Source: Chloroflexota bacterium (GTDB lineage Bacteria; Chloroflexota; Anaerolineae; Anaerolineales; UBA11858). Taken from it: DNA of 64,000 nucleotides. A model generated the notes under the pieces. That model searched no databases and was not told the origin of the DNA. It was given only the letters and a program-made list of their open reading frames with translations. The position numbers and the translations under genes are program-made. Every line of letters starts with the position of its first letter. Within the stretch, counting starts at the first letter, position 1. The DNA is taken from NCBI GenBank assembly GCA_043818215.1, contig JBDRGC010000023.1, forward strand, positions 1,976 to 65,975. Direction: 5' to 3'. Below are positions 16,432 to 25,618 of this stretch, piece by piece.

Positions 16432-17328
16432 TTACGAAAGTATGCGCTCCGCTCGCTTGCGCTGCTTGAAAACTACTGCCGAAGCTGTCACGTTGACGAA
16501 CAACGAAATCAAGAATAGCACCACGCCAATGAAGAAAAGCACGTGGTAGTGGACGCTGCCACTGGCGACCTCGCCCATTTCGGCGGCGATGGTGGCTGTC
16601 ATCGTGCGGGCGGGGGCGAACAGCGCGCCCAATCCCGTGGGCAGCATAGCCGCGTTGCCTGTGACCATCATCACGGTCATGGTCTCGCCGATGGCGCGGC
16701 CGACACCCAGCATGACTGCGGTCAGCACCCCGGAGCGGGCCGCGGGCAGTGTCACCCGCCAGATGGTCTGCCACTCGGTGGCTCCCAGCGCCAGGGCAGC
16801 ATCCCGGTAGGATTTGGGCACCGCGTCCAGGGCATCTTCGGCCACGGAAACAACGGTCGGGATGGCAATTCCCCCCAGGAGGATGGCCCCCGCCAAAGCT
16901 GTCAGGCCAGTGGGTAAATCCAGTAGAATCCGCAGGTAAGGGGAGAGCACCAGAATCCCCAAAAATCCCAGCACCACTGAAGGGAGTCCTCCCAGCACTT
17001 CGACCAGGGGTTTGAGCACATCCCGCATCCAGCGGGGCGCAATCTCCGAGATATAAACCGCGCCCCCGATGCCGAAGGGCACTGCGATCAGCGTTGCTCC
17101 AATGGTCACGATCAGCGAGCCGCCGATCAGGGGCAGGATGCCGAAATAGTCTTCGATGGGATACCAGCGGCTGCTGAACAGGGTGCCAAACGAGACCTCG
17201 CCCAGGGTGGGCAGTCCCTCACGGAGCAGGAAATAGAAGATCATCCCCACGAAGACGATGGCGGAATAGCCCGATGCCTTGATCAGGCGGGTGATGATGT
17301 ATTCGCGCCAGTTGAGAGAGCTTTCCAT
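16432..17328 (-). CDS. pstC: Phosphate ABC transporter permease PstC
   Basis: 298 aa: ...GILPLIGGSLIVTIGATLIAVPFGIGGAVYISEIAP... Confidence 0.9.
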   Translation of the reverse strand: MESSLNWREYIITRLIKASGYSAIVFVGMIFYFLLREGLPTLGEVSFGTLFSSRWYPIEDYFGILPLIGGSLIVTIGATLIAVPFGIGGAVYISEIAPRWMRDVLKPLVEVLGGLPSVVLGFLGILVLSPYLRILLDLPTGLTALAGAILLGGIAIPTVVSVAEDALDAVPKSYRDAALALGATEWQTIWRVTLPAARSGVLTAVMLGVGRAIGETMTVMMVTGNAAMLPTGLGALFAPARTMTATIAAEMGEVASGSVHYHVLFFIGVVLFLISLFVNVTASAVVFKQRKRAERILS

Positions 17329-17336
17329 GAGAGCCT

Positions 17337-17650
17337 CGTGGAGCGTGGAGCGGGAAGCAGGAAGCGGGAAGCGGGAAGCAGGAAGCAGGAAGCGGGAAGC
17401 GGGAAGCAGGAAGCGGGAAGCGGGAAGCAGGAAGCGGGAAGCGGGAAGTGGGAAGCGGGAAGCAGGAAGCGGGAAGCGGGAAGCGGGAAGCGGGAAGCGG
17501 GAAGCGGGAAGCGGGAAGCGGGAAGCGGGAAGCGGGAAGCGGGAAGCGGATTTTATCCCACTCCGCTACGCTTCGTGGACTACGTTACGCATCACGTTTT
17601 CACGTTTTCACGTCTAACGTCTTCGCGCAGCATCCCCGAAGGGGGGCACG
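17337..17650. repeat. pstS-pstC spacer: (CGTGGAG)x2, (GGGAAGC/AGGAAGC)x28, core atcccactccgctacgcttcg, CGTGAAA-type units, and motif cttcgcgcagcatccccgaagggg
   Basis: The GGGAAGC array spans 17352-17547, which is 196 nt or exactly 28 units by hand count. Confidence 0.9.
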
Positions 17651-17652
17651 TT

Positions 17653-18543
17653 TCACCGAGTTTTTACCGGCACAAAACCTAACTCGGTGACAATCATCTG
17701 CGCCTCGGGGGAGAGAATCCAATTCAAGTATGCTTCGATGGCTCCGCTGGGTTCGCCGTCGGTGTACATATACAGATCGCGGGCGATGGGGTATGCGCCG
17801 CTGTCGACGGTCTCAGCCGCGGGGTAGATATAAGGGCCGCCGGCTTTTCGCGCTACGGCGACAACTTTCATATCGTGGGTGACGTAGCCCAGGCCGTCGT
17901 AGCCGATGGCGTTGGGGTTTTGCCGGATTTCGACGCTGATGCCCTCAGATGATGGCAGCAGCAATGTGCTTGGGGAAAACAGGGTCTGGTTCTCTTTATC
18001 GCCCAGGCGGAGCACCTGTTCGAGGAAATAAACGTGGGTGCCCGAATTGGTCTCGCGCGAGAGCCGCACAATGGGGCGGTCATCCCCGCCAACCTGACTC
18101 CAGTTGTCTATCTTGCCGCTGTAGATATCGGAAATCTGCTCAAGGGTGAGTTCGTCAACCGGATTGTCGAGATTGACGATCACCGCGATGGCGTCGCGGG
18201 CGATGACGAATTCCACCGGGTCTGTCCCGTTGGACTGGGCGGCTGCAATCTCTTCGGGCTTGATCTGCCGGGAGGCGTTGGCGATATCCACCGTGCCGTT
18301 GATCAGCGCAGCGATACCTGTCCCGGAGCCGCCCCCGGTGACCGAGATGCGCACTTCGGGGTGCAGTTCCTGATAGCGCTCAGCCCAGGCCAGCGCCAGG
18401 TTGACGATGGTATCGGAGCCTTTATTTTCGATTGTATCAACGGTGGAGGGGGAAACGTTCCCATCAGAGGAGGCTGACGGTGGGTTGCATCCTGCCAAAA
18501 ACAGGAGCAGTACTAACAGGATAACCAAACGAATTTGTTTCAT
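17653..18543 (-). CDS. pstS: Phosphate-binding lipoprotein PstS
   Basis: MKQIRLVILLVLLLFLAGC lipobox, and GSDTIVNLALAWAERY..VTGGGSGTGIAALINGTVDIANASR. Start taken at the ATG at 18543. Confidence 0.85.
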   Translation of the reverse strand: MKQIRLVILLVLLLFLAGCNPPSASSDGNVSPSTVDTIENKGSDTIVNLALAWAERYQELHPEVRISVTGGGSGTGIAALINGTVDIANASRQIKPEEIAAAQSNGTDPVEFVIARDAIAVIVNLDNPVDELTLEQISDIYSGKIDNWSQVGGDDRPIVRLSRETNSGTHVYFLEQVLRLGDKENQTLFSPSTLLLPSSEGISVEIRQNPNAIGYDGLGYVTHDMKVVAVARKAGGPYIYPAAETVDSGAYPIARDLYMYTDGEPSGAIEAYLNWILSPEAQMIVTELGFVPVKTR

Positions 18544-18597
18544 CAGCGCGGGATTATAGCCGTAAATCATGGCGTGGGCAAGTGTGGGAGGGCGGGG

Positions 18598-18773
18598 GCT
18601 AGAGGGTAGAGGGCAGAGGGTAGAGGGTAGAGGGGTTAGGGATCAGGGACTAGGGACAAGGGATCAGGCAGCCTAATATACTATATACTGGCTCCTGTCC
18701 TGGTTCCTGGTTCCTAGTCCCTGGTTCCTGGTTTCCTAGCCCCTGGTTCCTAGCCCCTAGTTCCTGGTTCCTG
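18598..18773. repeat. Large imperfect palindrome of heptamers (TAGAGGG, TCAGGGA/CTAGGGA against CCTGGTT/CCTAGTC) with the AT-rich loop taatatactatatact
   Basis: It occupies nearly the whole divergent pstS / pstB2 control region. Confidence 0.85.
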
Positions 18774-18775
18774 AG

Positions 18776-18781
18776 TATAAT
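18776..18781 (+). promoter_or_regulatory. Candidate -10 hexamer TATAAT, 7 nt upstream of the pstB2 ATG (possible leaderless mRNA)
   Basis: Sequence is gagTATAATcagtgccATG. There is no SD and no convincing -35. Confidence 0.3.
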
Positions 18782-18788
18782 CAGTGCC

Positions 18789-19556
18789 ATGAGCGATACA
18801 CACCCCATCTTCACCATCCGAGACCTGGACTTTTACTATGGCGATTTCCTGGCCCTGAGCCAGATCAATATGGACATCCAGCCCCAAAGAGTGACCGCAC
18901 TGATCGGCCCCTCTGGATGCGGCAAATCTACATTTTTGCGCTGCCTGAACCGCATGAATGATACTATCCCAGGGACGCGCGTAGAGGGGCAGATTCTGCT
19001 GGATGGGGATGATATCTACGCCCCCGATGTGGACCTGGCCTCCCTGCGCCAACGGGTGGGGATGGTGTTCCAGAAGCCCAATCCCTTCCCCCAGTCGATC
19101 TATGATAATGTAGCCTTCGGCCCGCGAGTGCTGGGTCTGACCCGCGAGCGCACCGAATTGGACGCCATCGTCGAGCGCAGCCTGCGCCGCGCCGCGGTGT
19201 GGGAGGATGTCAAAGACCTGTTGCGCGAAGACGCCTTGAGCATTTCACTGGGGCAGCAGCAACGACTGTGCATCGCGCGCGTATTGGCTGTCGAAGCTGA
19301 AGTCATCCTGATGGACGAGCCAGCCTCGGCTTTAGACCCCATCGCTACCGGCCAGATCGAAGAATTGATCCACGAGTTGAAACAGCGCTACACCATCGTC
19401 ATCGTTACTCACAATATGCAGCAAGCCGCGCGCGTTTCTGATCTCACCGGATTATTCTGGCTGGGGAAGTTGGTGGAGTTCAATCCTACAGAGCAGTTAT
19501 TTACTAATCCCGAGAGTGATCTGACGGAGGCCTACATCACAGGGAGGATGGGGTGA
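18789..19556 (+). CDS. pstB: Canonical phosphate import ATPase PstB
   Basis: [73 protein letters not shown]. Confidence 0.9.
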   Translation: MSDTHPIFTIRDLDFYYGDFLALSQINMDIQPQRVTALIGPSGCGKSTFLRCLNRMNDTIPGTRVEGQILLDGDDIYAPDVDLASLRQRVGMVFQKPNPFPQSIYDNVAFGPRVLGLTRERTELDAIVERSLRRAAVWEDVKDLLREDALSISLGQQQRLCIARVLAVEAEVILMDEPASALDPIATGQIEELIHELKQRYTIVIVTHNMQQAARVSDLTGLFWLGKLVEFNPTEQLFTNPESDLTEAYITGRMG

Positions 19557-19712
19557 TTCTTGAGCAGGGGAGCGGGGGGGCTGGGAGACACAAAAACAGA
19601 AATATCTCCCCCAGACTTGTCCTGCGAAGTCCCCGACCAAAGGGAGTGGGGAGCGTGTCGAAGGGATTGGGGGCCGGGGGGCTTTCCCAGGCAAGCCTGA
19701 ATACTTACCCGG

Positions 19713-19752
19713 AGGCAGACCTCCGAGGTCTTCGGAGACCTCGGAGGTCTGC
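19713..19752. repeat. Perfect 17-bp stem hairpin ggcagacctccgaggtc-ttcgga-gacctcggaggtctgcc
   Basis: Read directly. It lies in a 350-nt repeat-rich spacer that also holds a ctctgcg..ccgcggt inverted repeat (19803-19878). Relatives of that inverted repeat are at 45988-46052 and 46318-46352. Confidence 0.8.
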
Positions 19753-19920
19753 CCAAAACGAAGTAGGAGTTACGCACTTAGACAGAACCAGGTCAATTTT
19801 TACCGCAGAGCACGCCAAGAACGCTGAGTTTTGCGCTGTTTTAGTATTTCTCTGCGCTCTTCGCGTTCTCCGCGGTAAATTTGATCTCAACTACGTAAGT
19901 CCTGACGAAGGATGCGCCCT

Positions 19921-21372
19921 ATGAAACGCCTGCATTGGTACGACTATATCACGATCAATATTTACTGGCTGGGCCTGGCAACGGTATCTCAAACCAACGG
20001 CTTGATCCAACCCCTGATGATCCAAAGATTCGTCGGCCCTGAGGGGCAGGGAACCGCGTATGGCAATTTGCGCCTCTACACCCTGATGGCCGCTTTGCTG
20101 GCTCAGGCACTGGCAGGTATGCTCTCGGATCGCAGCACACTTCGACTGGGGCGGCGGCGGCCTTTCATTATAGTGGGCACCCTGCTGAACATGGGCTGCA
20201 TCATCGCCATTGGGGCTTCCCCAACATATTGGTTCCTCTTTCTGGCGGCGGTGTTCTCACAGATGGCCTCCAATATTGCCCACGGCGCCGAGCAGGGTCT
20301 CATCCCCGATTTAGTGCCAGAAGACCGCCGCGGCCGCTTTTCTGGTGTGAAGTCGGTTATGGAGTTGCTGCCAGTCATCATCGTTGCGCTCACGGTTGGC
20401 AGCCTGATAGCCAAAGGCATGATGTGGGCCGGCATCCTGGTAGCCATCGGCATTCTGTTTGTCAGTATGTTGATAACAATGCTCGTGCGTGAAGAGCCGT
20501 TAAAAGAAGCCCCTGAACCATTAGATTGGCAATCCTTTGGACGACTGGTAGCCATGACCCTGGTCTTTTTGGCGGTTATCCTGGGGTCGGGAGCACTTGT
20601 TAGATCGGTGGGTAACTTGCTCACCGGCGTAAGCTCTTTATCCGTTCACCTGGTCGTGATGGGCATTGTCGGACTGCTGGGGATGGTGATCGCCGTTGTT
20701 GTCGGCGTATGGGGCAGCGTGCGCATCGGCCTCGGGGGAGATGCAGCCCGGCGGCATCCGTCTTTCTCGTGGTGGGTGATCAACCGGCTGGCATTTCTCG
20801 TCGGGGCCACGAACCTCGCCGCTTTTGCGATTTACTTCCTCCAGGCCCGGCTGGGGCTGGAAGGCGACGCAGCCGCGGGGCCAGCTTCGAAATTATTGAT
20901 GATTGTAGGCGTTCTGGTCTTATTATTCGCCCTGCCCAGCGGATGGCTGGCGGACAAGATTGGCCGCAAGCGATTGGTAGCCCTAAGCGGAATTGTGGCC
21001 GCCATCGGTACGCTGGTGCTCATCCTATCGCCTGACATGACTATGATCTACGTTGGCGGGTGTATCGTCGGCGCCGCCATTGGTACATTCTTCACGACCA
21101 ACTGGGCGCTGGGCACGGATATAGTCCCCAAAGCGGAAGCTGGCCGCTACTTGGGCGTCTCCAACCTGGCCGGAGCGGGAGCCGGCGCCGTAGGAGCTTA
21201 TATCGGAGGCCCCATCGCCGATTACTTCACCGCCCACGTCCCCCAGGCGCCAGAGACAGGATATTTACTCATCTTTGGGATTTACGGCGTTTTGTTCCTG
21301 CTCTCCTCGATTGTGTTGATGCGAGTGCAAGAGCCAGAGCGATTACTCGAAAAAATATGCCCACAAAACTAA
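19921..21372 (+). CDS. MFS transporter (GPH-like)
   Basis: About 12 hydrophobic segments, and LSDRSTLRLGRRRPF after TM2. The ATG at 19921 has GAAGGA 11 nt upstream. The ORF track starts at 19912. Confidence 0.75.
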   Translation: MKRLHWYDYITINIYWLGLATVSQTNGLIQPLMIQRFVGPEGQGTAYGNLRLYTLMAALLAQALAGMLSDRSTLRLGRRRPFIIVGTLLNMGCIIAIGASPTYWFLFLAAVFSQMASNIAHGAEQGLIPDLVPEDRRGRFSGVKSVMELLPVIIVALTVGSLIAKGMMWAGILVAIGILFVSMLITMLVREEPLKEAPEPLDWQSFGRLVAMTLVFLAVILGSGALVRSVGNLLTGVSSLSVHLVVMGIVGLLGMVIAVVVGVWGSVRIGLGGDAARRHPSFSWWVINRLAFLVGATNLAAFAIYFLQARLGLEGDAAAGPASKLLMIVGVLVLLFALPSGWLADKIGRKRLVALSGIVAAIGTLVLILSPDMTMIYVGGCIVGAAIGTFFTTNWALGTDIVPKAEAGRYLGVSNLAGAGAGAVGAYIGGPIADYFTAHVPQAPETGYLLIFGIYGVLFLLSSIVLMRVQEPERLLEKICPQN

Positions 21373-22139
21373 CTCCCCGCCTGCAAACGAATCTCGCCCC
21401 CGGAGCCGCCGTGACTCAGTTGGAAGGTGGCGCGTGGCGACTGAAGATTCCCCCCGGCCCCGCGGGACGCTACCGTCTCGCCCAACTGGACGATTACGCC
21501 AACCTGCCCCGCCGCGCCCTCCCCTGGCTCCCTCCGCTGACTCTCAGTCTGCGCGCCCGCGTCTCTGCGCCGGATCTGCCCGGCACCTGGGGTTTCGGCC
21601 TGTGGAACGACCCTTTCAGCCTCTCGCTGGGTTTCGGCGGCGGCACACGTCGTTTGCCTACCCTGCCCAACGCCGCCTGGTTCTTCTGCGCTTCGCCGCC
21701 CAATTATCTCTCCCTGCGCGATGACCTCCCTGCTCAAGGATTTTTGGCGCAAACTTTTCGCTCACCCTCGCTGCCCGCGCCTGTGCTGGCATTGGGACTG
21801 CCTGCCTTGCCGCTGCTGGCCTGGCCCTGGGCGGCGCGCTGGCTGCGCTCCCTCGGCAGACGCGTTATCACCCAAGATGCCGCTGCGGTGAAAGTGGATG
21901 CCACTCAATGGCATACGTATACTCTGAAATGGGGGCTAGACCGGGTCACTTTCGGGGTAGATGACCAAACCATCTTCGAGACCAAAATCACCCCCCACGG
22001 CCCGTTAGGACTTGTCCTGTGGATCGATAATCAATACGCCTCCTTCCCCCCAAATGGGCGATTATCTTATGGTACATTGCAAAACCAGGAATCGGCCTGG
22101 CTTGAAATTAAGGATATTGATGTGGTGCGTGAAACGTGA
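21357..22139 (+). CDS. Hypothetical protein, probably a ConA-like lectin/glucanase fold
   Basis: The in-frame ATG at 21357 overlaps the MFS stop by 16 nt. WGFGLWNDPF ... WHTYTLKW..DRVTFGVDD...LGLVLWIDNQY resembles a beta-sandwich glycanase pattern. The upstream 99 codons of the track ORF overlap the MFS gene. Confidence 0.5.
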   Translation: MPTKLTPRLQTNLAPGAAVTQLEGGAWRLKIPPGPAGRYRLAQLDDYANLPRRALPWLPPLTLSLRARVSAPDLPGTWGFGLWNDPFSLSLGFGGGTRRLPTLPNAAWFFCASPPNYLSLRDDLPAQGFLAQTFRSPSLPAPVLALGLPALPLLAWPWAARWLRSLGRRVITQDAAAVKVDATQWHTYTLKWGLDRVTFGVDDQTIFETKITPHGPLGLVLWIDNQYASFPPNGRLSYGTLQNQESAWLEIKDIDVVRET

Positions 22140-22280
22140 AACGGTTTTTATCCCACTCCGCTACGCTTCGGGGACGGTGTCACGCATCACGCATCACGCC
22201 TCACCCTCCACGCTCCACCCCTCCCCCCTCCACGCTCCACCCCTCCCCCCTCCCCCCTCCCCCCTCCACGCTTCACCTCA
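22127..22280. repeat. CGTGAAA units, core atcccactccgctacgcttcgggga, then CTCCACG/CCCTCCC arrays between convergent genes
   Basis: Read directly. The stop of the 21357 gene (VRET*) lies inside the cgtgaaacgtgaaacg units. Confidence 0.85.
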
Positions 22281-22601
22281 CTTATACTCCTCCCGCACCG
22301 GGCTGAAAACGTCCATTACTTTGACGGGCTGGCCAAAGGTTTGGGCGCCGTGCTTCACTCCGCCGGGGATGACGTATACGTCGCCGGGTTTCAGGTTGCG
22401 GGTCTCTTCGCCGATGGTGAATTCGATCTCCCCCTCGATGACGATGCCTACCTGCTCGTGAGGGTGGCTGTGCATGGGCATGAGCGTGTTGGGGTCGAGA
22501 TCAACGAGGGCCATGAGCATTTTCTGGCCCCACAATGTGCGGGCAACGATGCCAGGGATTAGTTCTTTGGGGGTGCGGCTAATGGGGTTGTGGAAGTACA
22601 T
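22278..22601 (-). CDS. Cupin_2 domain protein
   Basis: HSHPHEQVGIVIEGEIEF...GDVYVIPGGVKH matches the two cupin motifs. Confidence 0.8.
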   Translation of the reverse strand: MYFHNPISRTPKELIPGIVARTLWGQKMLMALVDLDPNTLMPMHSHPHEQVGIVIEGEIEFTIGEETRNLKPGDVYVIPGGVKHGAQTFGQPVKVMDVFSPVREEYK

Positions 22602-22750
22602 GGTTTTGGTCCTTTGCTAAATCGTGGACATGATAAAAAGGTATACAGGGTAAACAGGGTATAAAGGCAATACCGCAAAAGTCACTTTTGACTTGACAAA
22701 AGGGGTTCTCAGGGCATACTGTAACTTGAATATCAAACAAGGAGCAGAAG

Positions 22751-23631
22751 ATGAGAACCCCAAGCAGATTATACCGGACGACCCCGCTTATCTACAAATG
22801 CGAGTTGAGCCACTGTCCACAATGTAAGCAAGAATTGGTAGAAATGAACTATCTCAATGGTCTCAAAACGGTGCAGACAATGAGCCAGGTATCCACGATA
22901 GCCTACCGGCCGAAGCGCTGCACAGAACCAGGCTGTACCAGTTCCGAGGTTAGGTGGCCGTCTGCGACGTGGCAGCAAATTGCGCCGAAATACAGTATCT
23001 ATGGGTACGATGTGATTGCGCAGATCGGTTGGGAACGCCAAAAGGGTCGGGTGCATTTCGAGACGATTTACAAAAACCTGAGTGAACGGATACAGATCAG
23101 GGACTCGCAAGTGCGTCATCTGTATCATCAGCGTTATTTGCCCTTACTGGCCTGCCACACCTGCACTCACCGCAGGTGCAGTGTGAGCGTCAGCATTTCA
23201 GCGAACTCGAGGCATTGGCTCAGCGGTGCGGCTTGTTGCTGACCCTGGACGGTTTGATGCCGGAAGGGGGTGAACCGCAATTGTGGGTCATCCGCGAATT
23301 ACAGACAGGCTGGACACTGCGAAGCGGTTGGATGAATTGCCAGGATGAAAAGGCATTCATCGAGTTCCTGCAACCGATTGCGGCCTTGAATCTCCCCGTC
23401 AAGGCGGTGATGAGCGACAAACAACGTGCGTTGCTGCTGGCCGTGCAGGAGGTGTTTCCGAATGGGTTACATGGCTTTTGCCAGTTCCATTACTTGAACA
23501 ATGCTGCTGAACCCATCGCACAAGCTGATGAACAGATGAAAATCGAACTGCTTCAGACAGTGCGGGGGGAAGTTGGAGACCTGATCCGGCAAAATATCAC
23601 TCACTCTCAAACGGGCGTATACAGAAGTTAG
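22751..23631 (+). pseudogene. DDE-type transposase gene, frameshifted and 3'-truncated (IS remnant)
   Basis: N-terminal zinc finger CPQCK...CTEPGC. The second frame reads LLLTLDGLMPEGG...AVMSDKQRALL...FCQFHYLNN. The frame break coincides with a 26-nt palindromic insert (23159-23184). The ORF ends at a 'gtacacggat'-type element. Confidence 0.6.
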
Positions 23632-23650
23632 GGGAGCACAGCAAAGCAAC

Positions 23651-23718
23651 CACAGATTTACCCAAAGGGCACGATGTCACGGATTGCACCGATAAAACAT
23701 ATAAAAAAATCCGTGTAC
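23651..23718. repeat. 'gtacacggat' palindromic element, degenerate copy 2
   Basis: cacagatttacccaaagggcacgatgtcacggattgcaccg...atccgtgtac. Confidence 0.7.
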
Positions 23719-23995
23719 AAAATTCCTTGCCGACTTATTCGGGAACAAGTTTAATGAAATTTCGGCTCTTTGGGATTGTATCGAAAGGGAATTAATGATA
23801 ATATTTTAAATGAGCCATAAAGCATAACCTTTTTCGTTTTCACAGGTCGGGATTGGTTGTTTCTCCTATGAAACCCCTATCTGAGTGAGCCACCGCCGGG
23901 GTTTCATTTGGGGCGTGTGACGGCAAAATGCCGTCATAAGCGGCTCCTTACTGGTGTTCAATCCCGAAAACCATTGAATAACAGGAGACCATACT

Positions 23996-25618
23996 ATGGA
24001 ACCCCATTCAGGTCCGTTTCGTTGGTTCAAGATTTTCACTATTTGTCTCCTATCCCTATTTTTATTCAGTCCGATATTTCAAATTCCTTCCCAGGCCGCG
24101 CCTGAACCATCTCCAGAACAGGCTGTCCAGGCCGTCCAACACGCCTGGGAACTGGCCCAGGAAATCGGGATTTACCACTTCACCACCGATGTGGAGCAGA
24201 CCACATATCCAGCCCCCGCGATTGCCAATGTCGGACGCAGCAGCAGCATCCAAACCTATTATTTAGAGGGGGATGTGGATAGCCCGGCCCAAGCGTTTTA
24301 CATGACCCTGTGGCAGGGAGGCGGCAACGCAGCCACCCAAAAGGACGGGATCGAAATCCGCATGGAGGGTGGTGAAGCCTACGGACGGCCTATCGGCGGT
24401 CTCTGGCAGGAAATCGATGATTTCTCGGGCCTTTTCGCGCCAGGTAGCGACCCGATGGCGTATCTGGCAGGGGCGAAAAATATCACACTCGTTTCAAGCC
24501 ATACACAATACGCATTACGCTATATGTTCGACCTGGACGGCCCGGCCTTCGCGGCCCATATGCGCGATCTGCTTGAAGACCAGCTTCGCCGCTCAGGCGA
24601 ACTACCTCCAGGGTTGAGTCTGGATTCATCCATCCTTTATCGTGAAATGACTGGGCTGGGTGAAATCTGGCTGGATGCCCAGGGTTTGCCGCTGCGCTTG
24701 CTCGTGGACCTGGAAATGCCTGACCCCAAAACCGGGGAGCGAGTCAGCGCCAGGATCAAAACTGATTTTTCCAATTTTGCCCAGCAGCCCGAAACCGCAA
24801 TCGGGTTTATCGCTGAAATCCCCACCTGGGATTGGGGCCTCATCCTGCCCCAGGTTGCATTCTGGGGTCTCTTTTGCAGCGGGATCATCGTATTCGTTCT
24901 TTTCCGCCATTCGCAAAAAGTTTATGCCGCTCTGGTGATTGCACTCATTTTTTCGATGGTGGGCACGCCGCTGCTGCAGAGCGCGCAGGTGGCCGCGTTT
25001 TACGAGACCCAGGAGCAGAAACAACTCGAATTTGAGTCCGCTCAAAATGAACGCGCCGCCAACCAAGAAGCCAGGGATGAGTTGCTTACTTCGAGTTGGG
25101 ATCCGCATCAAAATCCAGTGTTCAGTGATCAGTCTTCAGTCTTCAGTCTCCAGTCTTCAGTCCCCAATCCCCAATCACAAATCTTCAATCTCTCGCGCAG
25201 CATCCCCGACAGGGGGCAATCTCTAATCTCCAATCTCCAAGTCTCGACACCGACCTGGACGGGATTGCCGATGCGGTCGAGCAGGCCCTGGGAACCGAGA
25301 TCAATGACCCGGATACCGATGGTGATACCCTCAACGATGGGGTGGAGTTCTTGCGCCTGGGGACCGATCCGCTCTCCAAAGACAGCGATGGTGACGGGAT
25401 TTTTGATAATGTGGAAGTCACCGGTTTTATGGACGTCAACGGCCTGCACTGGTATTTGGACCCCAACTCGCCTGATACGAACAAGGACAGCCGTATCGAT
25501 ACAGAAGAATGCCATCAACTGGTGGGCCGGAATACTGTTGGCGACCGCAAATGTTCGGATACGGATGGCGACAGCACGCCGGATATTTTTGACCGTGATG
25601 ATGACGGGGATGACGTAG
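23996..25618 (+). CDS. Giant surface protein, segment 1 (signal peptide, globular domain, 2 TM helices); meaningful only to about 25128, then runs out of frame
   Basis: AGGAG lies 7 nt before the ATG. Signal peptide FKIFTICLLSLFLFSPIFQIPSQA. After the heptamer array at 25115 the translation becomes low-complexity, while the next frame carries the TSP3 repeats. Confidence 0.7.
   Translation: MEPHSGPFRWFKIFTICLLSLFLFSPIFQIPSQAAPEPSPEQAVQAVQHAWELAQEIGIYHFTTDVEQTTYPAPAIANVGRSSSIQTYYLEGDVDSPAQAFYMTLWQGGGNAATQKDGIEIRMEGGEAYGRPIGGLWQEIDDFSGLFAPGSDPMAYLAGAKNITLVSSHTQYALRYMFDLDGPAFAAHMRDLLEDQLRRSGELPPGLSLDSSILYREMTGLGEIWLDAQGLPLRLLVDLEMPDPKTGERVSARIKTDFSNFAQQPETAIGFIAEIPTWDWGLILPQVAFWGLFCSGIIVFVLFRHSQKVYAALVIALIFSMVGTPLLQSAQVAAFYETQEQKQLEFESAQNERAANQEARDELLTSSWDPHQNPVFSDQSSVFSLQSSVPNPQSQIFNLSRSIPDRGQSLISNLQVSTPTWTGLPMRSSRPWEPRSMTRIPMVIPSTMGWSSCAWGPIRSPKTAMVTGFLIMWKSPVLWTSTACTGIWTPTRLIRTRTAVSIQKNAINWWAGILLATANVRIRMATARRIFLTVMMTGMT
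25115..25245 (+). repeat. Intragenic array 1: 11 heptamers (TCAGTCT/CCAATCC), a 26-nt core ctcgcgcagcatccccgacagggggc, then 3-4 heptamers (AATCTCC)
   Basis: Hand-indexed. The total is about 128 nt, not a multiple of 3. The break from the frame of 23996 to the frame of 25342 lies here. Confidence 0.85.

Noticed and set aside
17279-17690. Three overlapping ORFs encoding (REAGSGK)n-like proteins
   Set aside because: They are all three frames of the (GGGAAGC)x28 array in the pstS-pstC spacer, on the strand opposite to the operon. There is no start context.
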